A DNA stretch of 64,000 nt. Source: an uncultured delta proteobacterium (GTDB taxonomy: Bacteria; Myxococcota; UBA727; VGSZ01). The notes under the pieces are model-generated. The model saw only the letters and a list, made by a program, of their open reading frames with translations. It was not told the DNA's origin and made no database searches. A program made the translations under genes and the position numbers. The DNA lies in assembly GCA_963775425.1 (NCBI GenBank), contig CAVZJB010000009.1:272616-336615 (forward strand). The letters are read 5' to 3'. This document shows, piece by piece, positions 1-9,319 of the stretch (positions within the stretch are counted from its first letter, which is position 1; every line of letters begins with the position of its first letter).

Positions 1-2
1 CG

Positions 3-1412
3 TGCACCCTGCCGCAGCTCGCCGAGATCGCGCGCAGCGGCGCGTTCCTCAACCGCGTCACCCTGTTCGGGAGCGAGGCGGCGGCGCGCGGCGTGTTCGC
101 CGCCATCCTCCTGCTGTTCGCGGGCGGGCTGCTCTACTACCTCTGGCGCGCCGGGCGCGATCCGCTCCTGCACGCGGCCGCCATCCTCTTCGCGCTCTCC
201 ACGCTCGCCAAGGGCCCCGTCGGCGTCGGCGTCTGCGGCCTCACGCTCCTGTGCACCATCGCCGTGCTCGGCGAGTGGGAGCGGATGCTGCGCCCGGCCG
301 CCGTCTCGTGCACCGCGCTGTTCCTCGCCATCTGCGCGCCGTGGCCCATCGTGATGACGTTCTTCACCGGGCTCGACGAGGAGCGAAAGACCTGGGTGCA
401 GCGCTTCATCTTCTACGACCTCCTCGGCCGCATCGGCCCCGGCGCCCACGGCGACCGCGGCTCGTTCAACTATTATGTGGAATACGCCGGCTTCGGCATG
501 TTCCCGTGGACGGGCCTGGTCCCGCCCGCGCTGTTCTCCGCCGCGGGCGCCCGCGCCGCGCCGCGAAACAAGGGCGAGCGCTTCACGGTGCTCGTCGCGC
601 TGTGGGCGGTGATCACCTTCGCCTTCTTCGCCGCCACGACGACCAAGTTCCACCACTACATCTTCCCGCTGTGCGTCCCCTGCGCGCTGCTCATCGGGCG
701 CTACCTCGACAAGCTGGTGTCCGAGCCCAAGCTGCGGGTGGCGCCGGTGGTGGCGTTCTTCGCGGTGACGCTGGCGGCGCTCATCGGCCGGGATCTCGTC
801 ACGGAGCCCTGGCAGCTCATCGACCTCTTCACCTACCACTACAAGAGCTACAAGCCTGCCTATTACTTCCCTTCAGATGAGGAGTGGCGGGTCGGTCTCA
901 GCATCGCGTGTTTTGGCGCCACCCTCGTCGTGGCCGCCGGCGCGGTGTGGGACATGGTGCGTCCGCCGCCGGAGGGCGAGCACAAGACCTGGCTCGGCTC
1001 GCTGGTCTTTTCCCGTCGCTGCGCCAGCGAGGGCTTCATCACCGCCTATCTCGCGGCTGCGATCTTGTTTGCGGTGTTTGCGGTGCAGGTCCACTTCAAC
1101 CGCGCCTCGCAGCACTGGAGCCAGCGCGAGATCTTCGATACCTACTATTCGATGAGAAAGGGTGACGAGCCCATCATCGCTTTCCAGATGGATTGGAAGG
1201 GTGAGACCTTCTACGGGAAGAACCAGGACATCCAGATCAAGCGCTCCGGCAGCGAGCTGAAGAAGGCCGTCGAGCGCCCGGGGCGCGAATTCGTCCTCGT
1301 CCAGACCGATCGCTACGGCAGCTTGAAGAGCGCGCTCGGCAAGGACTACGAATCACGCATCAAGGTCGTCGATCGAAGCAATCAAAAATGGTACCTGGTG
1401 CTGGTCGAGTGA
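3..1412 (+). CDS. ArnT/PMT-like (GT39-type) membrane glycosyltransferase, 5'-truncated by window edge
   Basis: The frame of ORF 93..1412 stays open back to position 3. Multi-TM hydrophobic N-terminal part plus soluble C-terminal domain. High third-position GC. The last ~15 codons show a GC3 drop. Confidence 0.55.
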   Translation, partial: CTLPQLAEIARSGAFLNRVTLFGSEAAARGVFAAILLLFAGGLLYYLWRAGRDPLLHAAAILFALSTLAKGPVGVGVCGLTLLCTIAVLGEWERMLRPAAVSCTALFLAICAPWPIVMTFFTGLDEERKTWVQRFIFYDLLGRIGPGAHGDRGSFNYYVEYAGFGMFPWTGLVPPALFSAAGARAAPRNKGERFTVLVALWAVITFAFFAATTTKFHHYIFPLCVPCALLIGRYLDKLVSEPKLRVAPVVAFFAVTLAALIGRDLVTEPWQLIDLFTYHYKSYKPAYYFPSDEEWRVGLSIACFGATLVVAAGAVWDMVRPPPEGEHKTWLGSLVFSRRCASEGFITAYLAAAILFAVFAVQVHFNRASQHWSQREIFDTYYSMRKGDEPIIAFQMDWKGETFYGKNQDIQIKRSGSELKKAVERPGREFVLVQTDRYGSLKSALGKDYESRIKVVDRSNQKWYLVLVE

Positions 1413-1422
1413 CGGGCCGCGC

Positions 1423-2106
1423 TCAATACGGCATGGCTTGCGCGTCGGGGTGGCCGGGGGAGAGGAAGCCGGGCGCGCCGGTGCCGTCGTCGCCGTCGTG
1501 CTTCTTCTCGGCGGTGAGGGCGTAGGAGACGGGGACGGCGGCGACGCCGACGGCCGCGACGGCGGCGCCGGCCACGACGAGCCCGTAGAGCGCGGGATCG
1601 CCGGCGCCGCCGCCGCCGCCGCCGGCGAGGAGGGTGTAGAGCGTGGCGGCGCTGACGACGCCTGCGACGGCGGCGACGTACGACGCGACGACGGGCCAGA
1701 GCGCGGGCGCGCGGCTCGGGCCGAGCCGATCGCCGAGGATGGTGGCGGCGTAGCCGCTGGCGGCTGGCAGCAGGCACGCGACGCAGGCGCCGCCGGGCAC
1801 CACGGCGGCGATGATCAGCGCGCAGGGCATGCCGACGACGCTGACGCTGCAGGGCACGAGCGCTTGCAGGCACCCCACGAGGACGGGGTCGAGGGGCGCC
1901 GGCGCTCTCCGCTCGTCCGGCCGCACGGGCCGCGGCCGCGGTGTCGGTGTCGGTGTCGGTGTCGACGCCGGCGGCGGGGCGCGCGCCGCGGGGACGCGCT
2001 CCGAAGACCCATCGAGCAACGGCGGCGGCGGCGGCAGTGGATCGACCGGGGTCGCTCCGACCGGGGCCTGGGCCAACGCGGCGACCGTGACGACCAGCCC
2101 GAGCAC
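1423..2106 (-). CDS. hypothetical membrane/secreted protein with (TP)n proline-rich linker
   Basis: N-terminal signal-like hydrophobic segment, PPPPP and TPTPTPTP linker encoded by a (GTGTCG)n repeat, C-terminal hydrophobic region. Convergent with the upstream gene. Confidence 0.45.
   Translation of the reverse strand: MLGLVVTVAALAQAPVGATPVDPLPPPPPLLDGSSERVPAARAPPPASTPTPTPTPRPRPVRPDERRAPAPLDPVLVGCLQALVPCSVSVVGMPCALIIAAVVPGGACVACLLPAASGYAATILGDRLGPSRAPALWPVVASYVAAVAGVVSAATLYTLLAGGGGGGAGDPALYGLVVAGAAVAAVGVAAVPVSYALTAEKKHDGDDGTGAPGFLSPGHPDAQAMPY
1921..1965. repeat. (GTGTCG)n hexanucleotide tandem repeat (encodes TPTPTP on the minus strand)
   Basis: gtgtcggtgtcggtgtcggtgtcg seen directly. Confidence 0.6.
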
Positions 2107-2198
2107 GGCGCCACTCTACCTGCCTGCGCGCCATGGCGCCCGTCACTACGACCTTCCGACGCCGCGGCTATCATCGAGCGACGTCCGCGAGGTTCTTC

Positions 2199-3140
2199 AT
2201 GAGCGACCAGAGATGTGAAAACTGCGGCTGTGGGCTCGGCGACGCCGCTGCGTGTCCCGCGTGTGGCCTCGCGCGCATCGGCGCCAGCGTCGGCGCCGTC
2301 GCCGAGAGGCGCTACGACGTCGCGCCGCTCCCCGCCGGCCCCTACGAAGTGGAGCTCGGCATCGGCGACACGCTCTCGTGGACGTTCAAGATGTGGTGGG
2401 ACAACCTGCCGCGCCTCATGGCGCTCGGCTTCGTGCCGTACGCCCTCATGTTGCCGTTCGTCATCCTGGGCGGCGGGCTCGCGCTCAGCCCGCGCTGGGC
2501 CGAAGAGCTGTTCAGCCCGCAAAACCTCGTGTGGCTGGTGCCCGCGGGCTGCGTGCTCTTCGTGGTCTTCATCGTCGCCGGCCTGAGCGCGGCGGGGGGC
2601 GTCGTGCACCTGGTCGACGAGCAGCAGCACGGGGTGCGCGTCGGCGCCTTCGCCGCGCTCCTGACGGGGGCCCGCCACGTCGGGTGGCTCGGCCTCGGGT
2701 GGCTGCTCTTCTCGGCGCTCATGATCTTCGCCGTGGCCGGCCCCGCGCTCCCCATCGCCGTCGCCCTGGATCGCTCGGAGGCGCAAACGGCGCTGTTCGC
2801 GCTCCCGGGTCTCGCCACCGTCGTCGTCGCCATGGTGATCGGCGCGCGCCTCGCGCCCGCGTTCCCGGCGATCATCGTCGAGGACATCGGGCTCGGGCAG
2901 GCGATGTCGCGCGCCTGGTCGTTGACGCGCGGCCGCACGCTGACCGTGCTCGGCGCGTCGGTGCTGTTCATGGTGGCCTACTTCGCCATGAGCATGACGG
3001 CCGGCCTGGTGGGCATCGTGCCCATCCTCGGGCTGGTCGCGCAGCTCGCCATCTCGGCGATGATGGCGCCGCTCACCTACGTCTTTCCGTTCGCCGTCTA
3101 CGCCGGCTGCGTCCGCGCCGAGCAGCGCGCTCAGCGGTAG
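2199..3140 (+). CDS. hypothetical polytopic membrane protein with N-terminal zinc-ribbon (CENCGCG...CPACG)
   Basis: ATG at residue 23 of ORF 2133..3140 (MSDQRCENCGCG). Two CxxC pairs, then about 6 TM segments. High GC3. Confidence 0.55.
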   Translation: MSDQRCENCGCGLGDAAACPACGLARIGASVGAVAERRYDVAPLPAGPYEVELGIGDTLSWTFKMWWDNLPRLMALGFVPYALMLPFVILGGGLALSPRWAEELFSPQNLVWLVPAGCVLFVVFIVAGLSAAGGVVHLVDEQQHGVRVGAFAALLTGARHVGWLGLGWLLFSALMIFAVAGPALPIAVALDRSEAQTALFALPGLATVVVAMVIGARLAPAFPAIIVEDIGLGQAMSRAWSLTRGRTLTVLGASVLFMVAYFAMSMTAGLVGIVPILGLVAQLAISAMMAPLTYVFPFAVYAGCVRAEQRAQR

Positions 3141-3562
3141 ATCGCCGCCCAGCCCGCCGGGTCCTTGAACAGCCGCACGCAGCGGATGGTCTTTTTGTCC
3201 GTGAGCTCGAAGCGGTGGTGTTTGCCCTTGGGGACGACGATCAGGTCGCCGGGCTCCACCACCACGCGCATCCACCTGTCGTCGTTGCTGCGGATGTCGA
3301 AGACGCCCTCGCCCTCGAGGACGAAGCGCACCTCGTCATCGTCGTGGTGGTGCTCCGGATCGAACTTGGCGAGCAGGCCCTCGAGGTTCGCCGTGTCGGG
3401 GCGCAGGGCCACCTCGTCCTGCGTGATGTAGCCGCGGCGCTTGGTGAGCTCGTCGAGCGCGGGCTGGTGCGCGCCGAGGGGCAGGTCGCGATAGATGACA
3501 CCGTTTTCCTCGAGGAGGTTCCCGTCGATGGCCTCGTTGGTGTCGCGGAAGAAGGCTCTCAT
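3131..3562 (-). CDS. mtnD: acireductone dioxygenase (1,2-dihydroxy-3-keto-5-methylthiopentene dioxygenase), cupin
   Basis: MRAFFRDTNE...HHHDDDEVRF...KGKHHRF cupin His cluster typical of ARD. The ATG overlaps the mtnB stop (ATGA). Confidence 0.85.
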   Translation of the reverse strand: MRAFFRDTNEAIDGNLLEENGVIYRDLPLGAHQPALDELTKRRGYITQDEVALRPDTANLEGLLAKFDPEHHHDDDEVRFVLEGEGVFDIRSNDDRWMRVVVEPGDLIVVPKGKHHRFELTDKKTIRCVRLFKDPAGWAAIYR

Positions 3563-4242
3563 GGCTGCGTCTCCGAGGGGTGACGTCGCATGTGTACGGC
3601 GACGTCGAAGAGGTAGTCGTAGCACTCGGCGTGGCGCTTGGCTTCGCGCCAGTCCGCGCCCCACACGTAGACCCCGTGGCGGCGCACGAGGACCGCGTGC
3701 GCGTCGGGGTATCCGGCGACGGCGGCGCTCAGGGAGTCCGCCAGGTCGCACTCGCGGGCCGTGTTTTCGATGACGGGCACGCGGTGGACGTCGTCGTAGC
3801 CGACGCCGCGCAGGCCCTTCATCATCTCGAGCTTCGTGAGCACGACCTCGCGATCGAACGCGAGGGTGGCGAAGAGCGCGCGCTTGCTGTGTGTGTGGAT
3901 GACGGCGCCGGCGCCGCGGAGCTTCATGGCCGCGAGGAACAGCGGGCGGCACTGCGAGACGGTGAAGCCCGACGACGCCGGCGGCCCCGCCTTCACCTCA
4001 CCGTCGTCGTCGAGCTCGAAGATGACGTCGGGCGTGAGCAGCTCCTTTTGCACCCCCGACGGCGCCATGAAGGTGCGCCCGTCGTGGCGGATGGAGATGC
4101 CGCCGCCGGTGCCGCTCACCCAGCCCTGCGTATAGAAGCGCCGGCCGAGCGCGCAGATGACGCGCTTGGCGTCGTCCGCGGAGCCGACCGGCTTGTCCTC
4201 GAGGTCCACACGGAGAGCTTGCCCGGCCGCCGCGCGCCCCAC
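3559..4242 (-). CDS. mtnB: methylthioribulose-1-phosphate dehydratase (class II aldolase/adducin family)
   Basis: Class II aldolase fold motifs (GTGGGISIR, HTHS). Translationally coupled to mtnD. Confidence 0.85.
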   Translation of the reverse strand: MGRAAAGQALRVDLEDKPVGSADDAKRVICALGRRFYTQGWVSGTGGGISIRHDGRTFMAPSGVQKELLTPDVIFELDDDGEVKAGPPASSGFTVSQCRPLFLAAMKLRGAGAVIHTHSKRALFATLAFDREVVLTKLEMMKGLRGVGYDDVHRVPVIENTARECDLADSLSAAVAGYPDAHAVLVRRHGVYVWGADWREAKRHAECYDYLFDVAVHMRRHPSETQP

Positions 4243-4259
4243 AAGCCGGCCCGCGGGCC

Positions 4260-6701
4260 CTATTGCACGACGGCGGCGAGGTTGTCGGTGCAGGCGTAGC
4301 TGTCGTCGAAGCTGCTCTGGTCGTAGGTCGGGTTCAGGCCGCCGCCCACCGAGAGGGTGTCGCCGTCGACGGTGATGGTCCCCGAGATCTGGTTGGTGAC
4401 GCCGTCGAGGCTGCCGTTGACGGCGCTCAGGTCGGTGTCGGGGATCTCGATCTCGAAGGTCTTGCCCTGCGCCTCGAGCGTGGCGTGGGCGTTTCGCAGG
4501 TGCACGTTGGAGATGCGCGCCACCGGCGTCGGCACGTCGAAGGTCTGGGTGTCGTCGGCGCGGGCGCCGGTCGCGGGCTCCACCGTCGCCGACAGCGTGC
4601 CGTCGTGGATGGTGAGCTTGCCGATGGGCTCGCTCTCGCCCGCCGCCAACGGATACGTAACGAACTCGTGGAGCGCCGTGTTGTCGAGCCAGATGGTCAC
4701 GCTCTCGTCGTTGCGCGGCTCGATGGCGTCGATGATCAGGAACTGGGTGGTGCGCTCGCCGAGGACGGTGCGCGTGGCGTTCACGTCAGCGGTGCCCTGG
4801 TAGAACGTCGCGCCGCCGCTGCAGTCCTCGCTGAGCGTCTGCAGGTTCGGGTCGCCGACGGTGCAGCCGGAGACGTCCCACGTCATCGAGCCCATGTCTC
4901 CCGGGTTGCCCTGAACGTCGCTCGGGAAGATCAACACGCCGAGCTGGTCCTCGAAGCCGCAGTTGCTGTCGCCGTTCACCATGGTCGCCACCGTGCCCAC
5001 CGTCTGGATCACCAGGCGCGCGGCGCCGTCGGCGATGACCTGGTGGAAGTTGCACTGCGCGTCGCTCGCCGGCACCGCCATGTTGGGCGTGCAGGCGTAG
5101 CTCGCGTTGAACGCGGCGGCGTCGTAGTTGGGGTCGAGGATGGGGGCGCCCTCGAGGGGGATCTGGTAGTCGGTGCCGTTGACGGTGATGTCGCCGGCGA
5201 GCTTGTTCTCCACGCCGTCCTTGTTGCCGTTTTGCGCCGAGAGGCTGCTGCCGTCGATGTCGATGCGCAGCGCGTTGCCCGCGGCGCGCACGATGCCCAC
5301 CGCGCCGGGCTGCCACGCCAGGTCGTCGAACGTGGACACGGGCGTGGGGATGCTGCACGCGCCGGTGAGCGTGTCCTGCGCCATGCGCGGCTCCATCCGT
5401 CCGTCGATGCCGCCCTCGACGACCTCGAGGGATTGGTCGGAGACGCTGTCGGTGACGCGAAAGTTCTGGAAGTCGATGTGGAACGTGAACGACGCAGGGT
5501 CGCGTGACGTCGGGATCACCGGCTGCGACGGGTCGCCGCTCAGGCGGCCGCGCAGGCGCATGGTCCCCGTGATGAGCGCGGTGCCCTCGGCGTAGGTGGT
5601 CTTGCCCGAGCAATCGCGCGCGACCTCGGTGGGCGTGGGGAACACCAGCGCGCAGGGTTGATCGATGCGGAACACGGCCTCGCCGCCCTCGTGGCCGACG
5701 TCGCCGGTGATCTGGGCGTTCGCGATGACGCCGGGGCTCATGAAGCCGCAGCGGGTGTCGGCGGCGGCGACGGAGATCACGTTGCCCACGTTGTTCACCG
5801 TGAGCTTGGCGGCGCCGTCGGCGAGCTGCGGCGTGAGGTCCTTGCAGACGTACTCCACGGGCAGCTTGAGGTCGTCGACGCAGGCGAACGAGTTGGCGAA
5901 CTCGTCGGCCTTGTAGTCCGGGTCGAGCACGTGGTCGTCGTTGAGGTCGACGTCGCTGTCCCAGACCGTGATCTTGCCCTCGAGGTAGTTCTCGAAGTCG
6001 CCGTAGACGCCGAGCTGCGCCTTCTCCTCGAGCGACGGGACGTCGACGTCGAAGATGTGGCCGTCGTCGTCGACGGTGTAGGTGGCGTCCGTGACCTTGA
6101 TGCTGTTGAGCGTGACGTCGCTGGTGGGGACGCCGCAGACGCCGAGCGAGATGTTCTGCGCGAGGTGGATGCTCGCGCTCTCGTCGACGTGGCCCGTATG
6201 CATGGTCAGGCCGGTGGTCTTGTCGCTCAAGCGGATCTGGTAGTCCTGCACGTCGGCGCTGACGGTGATGGCGACGGCGTCCGGGGACGACGGGATCACG
6301 GGGTTTTCGGGGTTGCCGGTGAGGGTGCCGGTGACGGTGCGGGTGGCGCTCAAGGTGACCTTGCCGCTCACCGTGGTCTTCTCCCCGTTGCAGTCTTCGC
6401 TGGGGGCCCCGCCCGGGACCAGCGTGTCGCCGAAGTCCATGACGCAGTTGTCGACGGTCCAGGTGACGGTGCCGGGGCCGCCGAGCTCACCGTCCTCGAC
6501 GTAGTTGTCCTGCACGTGCTTCGAGGAGAAGCCGCAATTCGTGTCGGCGTCGGCGAGCGCGATGAGCTTCACCGCGTTTCGCACCGTGAGGCGCGCGGCG
6601 CCGGCGCCGACGTCCTTGGGAAAGAATTGCTCGATCTCGCACCCGCCGCCGAGCGCCACGGCGGAGAAGGTGAAGACCAGGATGATGCAGCGCGTAAGCA
6701 T
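4260..6701 (-). CDS. large secreted lipoprotein with three ~250-aa internal repeats
   Basis: Start MLTRCIILVFTFSAVALGGGC (lipobox LGGC), preceded by GGGAGGGA about 7 nt upstream. Three repeats each carry ADGAAKL..NCGF..DCSGKTT..GTA. The rest of the 1578-aa ORF upstream of this start is a frame artefact. Confidence 0.7.
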   Translation of the reverse strand: MLTRCIILVFTFSAVALGGGCEIEQFFPKDVGAGAARLTVRNAVKLIALADADTNCGFSSKHVQDNYVEDGELGGPGTVTWTVDNCVMDFGDTLVPGGAPSEDCNGEKTTVSGKVTLSATRTVTGTLTGNPENPVIPSSPDAVAITVSADVQDYQIRLSDKTTGLTMHTGHVDESASIHLAQNISLGVCGVPTSDVTLNSIKVTDATYTVDDDGHIFDVDVPSLEEKAQLGVYGDFENYLEGKITVWDSDVDLNDDHVLDPDYKADEFANSFACVDDLKLPVEYVCKDLTPQLADGAAKLTVNNVGNVISVAAADTRCGFMSPGVIANAQITGDVGHEGGEAVFRIDQPCALVFPTPTEVARDCSGKTTYAEGTALITGTMRLRGRLSGDPSQPVIPTSRDPASFTFHIDFQNFRVTDSVSDQSLEVVEGGIDGRMEPRMAQDTLTGACSIPTPVSTFDDLAWQPGAVGIVRAAGNALRIDIDGSSLSAQNGNKDGVENKLAGDITVNGTDYQIPLEGAPILDPNYDAAAFNASYACTPNMAVPASDAQCNFHQVIADGAARLVIQTVGTVATMVNGDSNCGFEDQLGVLIFPSDVQGNPGDMGSMTWDVSGCTVGDPNLQTLSEDCSGGATFYQGTADVNATRTVLGERTTQFLIIDAIEPRNDESVTIWLDNTALHEFVTYPLAAGESEPIGKLTIHDGTLSATVEPATGARADDTQTFDVPTPVARISNVHLRNAHATLEAQGKTFEIEIPDTDLSAVNGSLDGVTNQISGTITVDGDTLSVGGGLNPTYDQSSFDDSYACTDNLAAVVQ

Positions 6702-6708
6702 GCAGGAA

Positions 6709-6716
6709 TCCCTCCC
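6709..6716 (-). promoter_or_regulatory. Shine-Dalgarno (GGGAGGGA) for the repeat lipoprotein
   Basis: tcccgggaGGGAttcctgcATG on the minus strand. Confidence 0.5.
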
Positions 6717-6749
6717 GGGAACGACTTGGGTCATGTATCGCACCTGCAT

Positions 6750-7934
6750 ATGCGACCGTTGCCTACATGGTCTGACCATCGGGCGTTTGACCGAGATCTG
6801 CGCGAGATCTCGTCGACGACGCAGGGGCGCGCGGCCCCGGCGTCGGGCGCCCCCTCCCCGGCGGGCCGCGGGGTCACGCGCCGCTTCTACTGGGAGCTGG
6901 TCTCGCTGCGGCGATCCGGGGGCCCGCAGGCGGCGGCGGTGCTCGCGGACCGGCGCATGGACGTGGCCCTCTCGGCGCTGCGCGCGGCCCGGCCGGAGGA
7001 GCCGCTGCGCATCGCCTGCGTGCTCGAGCTCGCCGACGAGATGGACGTGGCGCCGCTGTTGCGCGCGCGCGCGGCCCTGGCCCGCCACGAGATCGCGCTC
7101 GATCTCTGGCCGCAGCTCGCCGGCGCCGAGCGCTTCCTGAACACGGGCACCGCCGAGATCTTCCAGCAGCGGTTGCTGCCGCTCCTCGACGTGCTCGCCC
7201 GCAGCGACGATGGCTGCGACATCGGCGTCGCCCTCGACCTCGAGCCCAACGAGGCGCTCGCGCGGGCGGCGTGGGAGATGCGGGCGCCGGGCTCCTCGCT
7301 CTTCGAGCGCGCGCGCGCGCTCGGTCGCATCGCGAGGAGCGTGGGCGGCAGCGTGGCCATGGCGCGCCAGGGGCGCCGGGACCTCGCCGAGCTCGCGCGC
7401 GACCTGCAGGCGCGCGATCTCCCGGTGCACGTCGCGGTGATGCCGCCGCTGTCGTCGTCCACGAGTGACACGCTGCGCGCGTGGGCGCTCGGCTGCCCCG
7501 CCGTCGACGACGACGGCCGGCCGCTCTTCGGCCTTCAGGCCGCCATGTGCTACGCGTCGCTCACCCGGCGGCTGCCGGAGCGCCTGCGCGCCAGGGTGGA
7601 CCCGCGGCCCCTCGACGACGACGACGACGACGCGCGCGACGCGGACCGCCGCCGCGACAAGGACACGCTCGCCTTGTGGGCGGCCCGCCACCGCACCGCC
7701 TTCGACGCCGTCGTCGTCGGCATGACCGCCACCGGCATCCTCGGCGACGAGCCCGTCTACGAAGACCCCGCGGTGCTCGCCGAAGACGTGCGCGCCATGG
7801 AGGCCCTCGGCTTCTCGGACGTCGCCCTCTACGCGCTCGAGGGCCTGTTCTTCGGCCCCGCCGGCCCCGGCGACGACCTTGCGCTCCGCCCCGACGTCGA
7901 GCGCTGGCTCGGCGCCGCGTTCGGCGAGGCCTGA
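6750..7934 (+). CDS. hypothetical protein with poly-Asp tract (start uncertain: ATG 6750 / TTG 6759 / GTG 6939)
   Basis: Codon GC3 becomes coding-like from about 6798. Divergent from the lipoprotein gene. Contains DDDDDARDADRRRD. No recognisable domain. Confidence 0.45.
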   Translation: MRPLPTWSDHRAFDRDLREISSTTQGRAAPASGAPSPAGRGVTRRFYWELVSLRRSGGPQAAAVLADRRMDVALSALRAARPEEPLRIACVLELADEMDVAPLLRARAALARHEIALDLWPQLAGAERFLNTGTAEIFQQRLLPLLDVLARSDDGCDIGVALDLEPNEALARAAWEMRAPGSSLFERARALGRIARSVGGSVAMARQGRRDLAELARDLQARDLPVHVAVMPPLSSSTSDTLRAWALGCPAVDDDGRPLFGLQAAMCYASLTRRLPERLRARVDPRPLDDDDDDARDADRRRDKDTLALWAARHRTAFDAVVVGMTATGILGDEPVYEDPAVLAEDVRAMEALGFSDVALYALEGLFFGPAGPGDDLALRPDVERWLGAAFGEA

Positions 7935-7948
7935 GGAGACGGCCGCAC

Positions 7949-8881
7949 CTACGGGCCGATGGACCAGGCGGCGAACGAGTCGAACGACGTCACCATGCGG
8001 TTGGACCGGAGCACGACGCCGCCGGCGGGCGTGGCGGTGGCGTCGACGACGGTGGCCACGCCCTCGAGCTGGCACTGCAGCGAGCCGTCGAGCACCGCGC
8101 GCAACAAGAGCGTGGGTCCGACGATCTGATCGGGGCTCGCGAGGTCGCTCGACGCGCGGAATTCGCTGGCGTCGTTGTTCACCAGCCCGTCGATGACGAG
8201 CGCCTGCGCGCCGTCGCCGATGACGGGGAAGCACATCACGCCGTCGGCGTCGCCGGTCATGCCGACGCCGATGCCCGCGCTCGCCGTGTTGAACTGGCCG
8301 CCGAGCTCGAAGCTCTCCACGGTGAAGCGGAGCTCGACGACGATGTGGTCGGTGGGGGCGATGTCGGTGCGCCGCAGGATCTCGGCGTCGGCGGTGGCCG
8401 TGTGATGAAGCTGATCGTTCGAGAGGCTCCATGAGCCGGCGCCGGTCCACGCCGACGAGAGCACCACGCCGTCGAACGCGTCGAACGCGATGAGCACGTC
8501 GCCGCCCTGGTCGGGCCGTGGGTCGCACGCGTCGCCGACGCCGTCGCCGTCGCTGTCGGCCTGGGCCGCGTCCGAGGTGGTGGGGCAGTCGTCGCAGCGG
8601 TCGGCGACGCCGTCGTTGTCCTCGTCGTGGGTGCCGCAGGGATCGCCTTCGCCTTCGCCCTCGCCGCCTTCGCCCTCGCCCTCGCCCTCGCCGAAGTCGG
8701 TGATGCAGTGTCCGTCGCGGCAGACGTGGCCTACGAAGCAGTCGCTGTCGGCGTTGCAGATGACGCCGCTGTCGTCGGGCGGGCAGCCGCTCGTCGCCAC
8801 GATCGCCACGAACACGAGCGCGGCGCGCGCGAGCGCCGCTACGGGCGCGGTGGCGAGGCCGGAGACCGGGGGGCGGCGCAT
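7949..8881 (-). CDS. lipoprotein with thrombospondin type-3-like Ca-binding repeats and (GE)n linker
   Basis: MRRPP...LVFVAIVATSGC lipobox; GEGEGEGEGGEGEGEG; DEDNDGVADRCDDC and DSDGDGVGDACD (DxDxDG) repeats. Start placed at residue 100 of ORF 7949..9178. Confidence 0.7.
   Translation of the reverse strand: MRRPPVSGLATAPVAALARAALVFVAIVATSGCPPDDSGVICNADSDCFVGHVCRDGHCITDFGEGEGEGEGGEGEGEGDPCGTHDEDNDGVADRCDDCPTTSDAAQADSDGDGVGDACDPRPDQGGDVLIAFDAFDGVVLSSAWTGAGSWSLSNDQLHHTATADAEILRRTDIAPTDHIVVELRFTVESFELGGQFNTASAGIGVGMTGDADGVMCFPVIGDGAQALVIDGLVNNDASEFRASSDLASPDQIVGPTLLLRAVLDGSLQCQLEGVATVVDATATPAGGVVLRSNRMVTSFDSFAAWSIGP
8641..8692. repeat. (GGCGAG)n-type hexanucleotide repeat encoding a GE linker
   Basis: gccttcgccctcgccgccttcgccctcgccctcgcc seen directly. 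Confidence 0.5.
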
Positions 8882-8946
8882 GCGCCGAGGATAGCGCGCC
8901 GCAGGCGGGGTCGCCGTCTCCGTCGAGAGCCCTACGCGGCCGCGGT

Positions 8947-9300
8947 TCACTTGCAGGCGGCTTCGACCTTGTCGAGCGTCCACGTGTCGGGGCCATAGCG
9001 GCCGAGCACCACGCCGTCGGCGTCGATGAGCCACGCGCCCTTCACGCCGACCTTCACCATGTAGCCGGCCTCGGGCTTCCGGGCGGTCACGGTGGCGCCG
9101 TCGAGCGTGCCCCGCAGGACGCGCGCGACGTCGAGCACCAGCTCCTGTGAGGGGTTCAGCGTCCCCTTGTCGCTCCACGTCGCCGGTTTGTCGGGCGGCG
9201 GCGGCGTCGGCCCCGTGGCGGTGACCTCTTTGACCGTGGCTTCGACGACGAGCGTGGCGAGCGGGATGATCTCGTGGAGGGGCTCGGGGGGCTTGGCCAT
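8947..9300 (-). CDS. small hypothetical protein (117 aa)
   Basis: Uniformly high GC3. Sits between the calpain-like gene and the TSP3 lipoprotein gene on the same strand with short gaps. Confidence 0.5.
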   Translation of the reverse strand: MAKPPEPLHEIIPLATLVVEATVKEVTATGPTPPPPDKPATWSDKGTLNPSQELVLDVARVLRGTLDGATVTARKPEAGYMVKVGVKGAWLIDADGVVLGRYGPDTWTLDKVEAACK

Positions 9301-9319
9301 GCCGGACGTTATCCCGTCG

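Noticed and set aside
1351-1356. GAATC in the 3' end of the glycosyltransferase gene as a possible fifth GATC-type frameshift
   Set aside because: Neither alternative frame gives a better continuation. GAATC also occurs in intact genes (for example 18592, 18725). Left as a low-GC3 tail.
5658-6749. N-terminal part of + strand ORF 5658..7934 (Gly/Val/Asp-rich)
   Set aside because: Antisense to the repeat lipoprotein. Third-position GC is not coding-like until about 6798.
6702-8996. 5' two-thirds of the 1578-aa minus-strand ORF (Arg/Gly/Pro-rich)
   Set aside because: It is antisense to the real + strand gene 6750-7934 and to the minus-strand gene 7949-8881 (other frame). The composition is typical of GC-rich wrong-frame ORFs. 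The real lipoprotein starts at the SD-preceded MLTRC... (6701).
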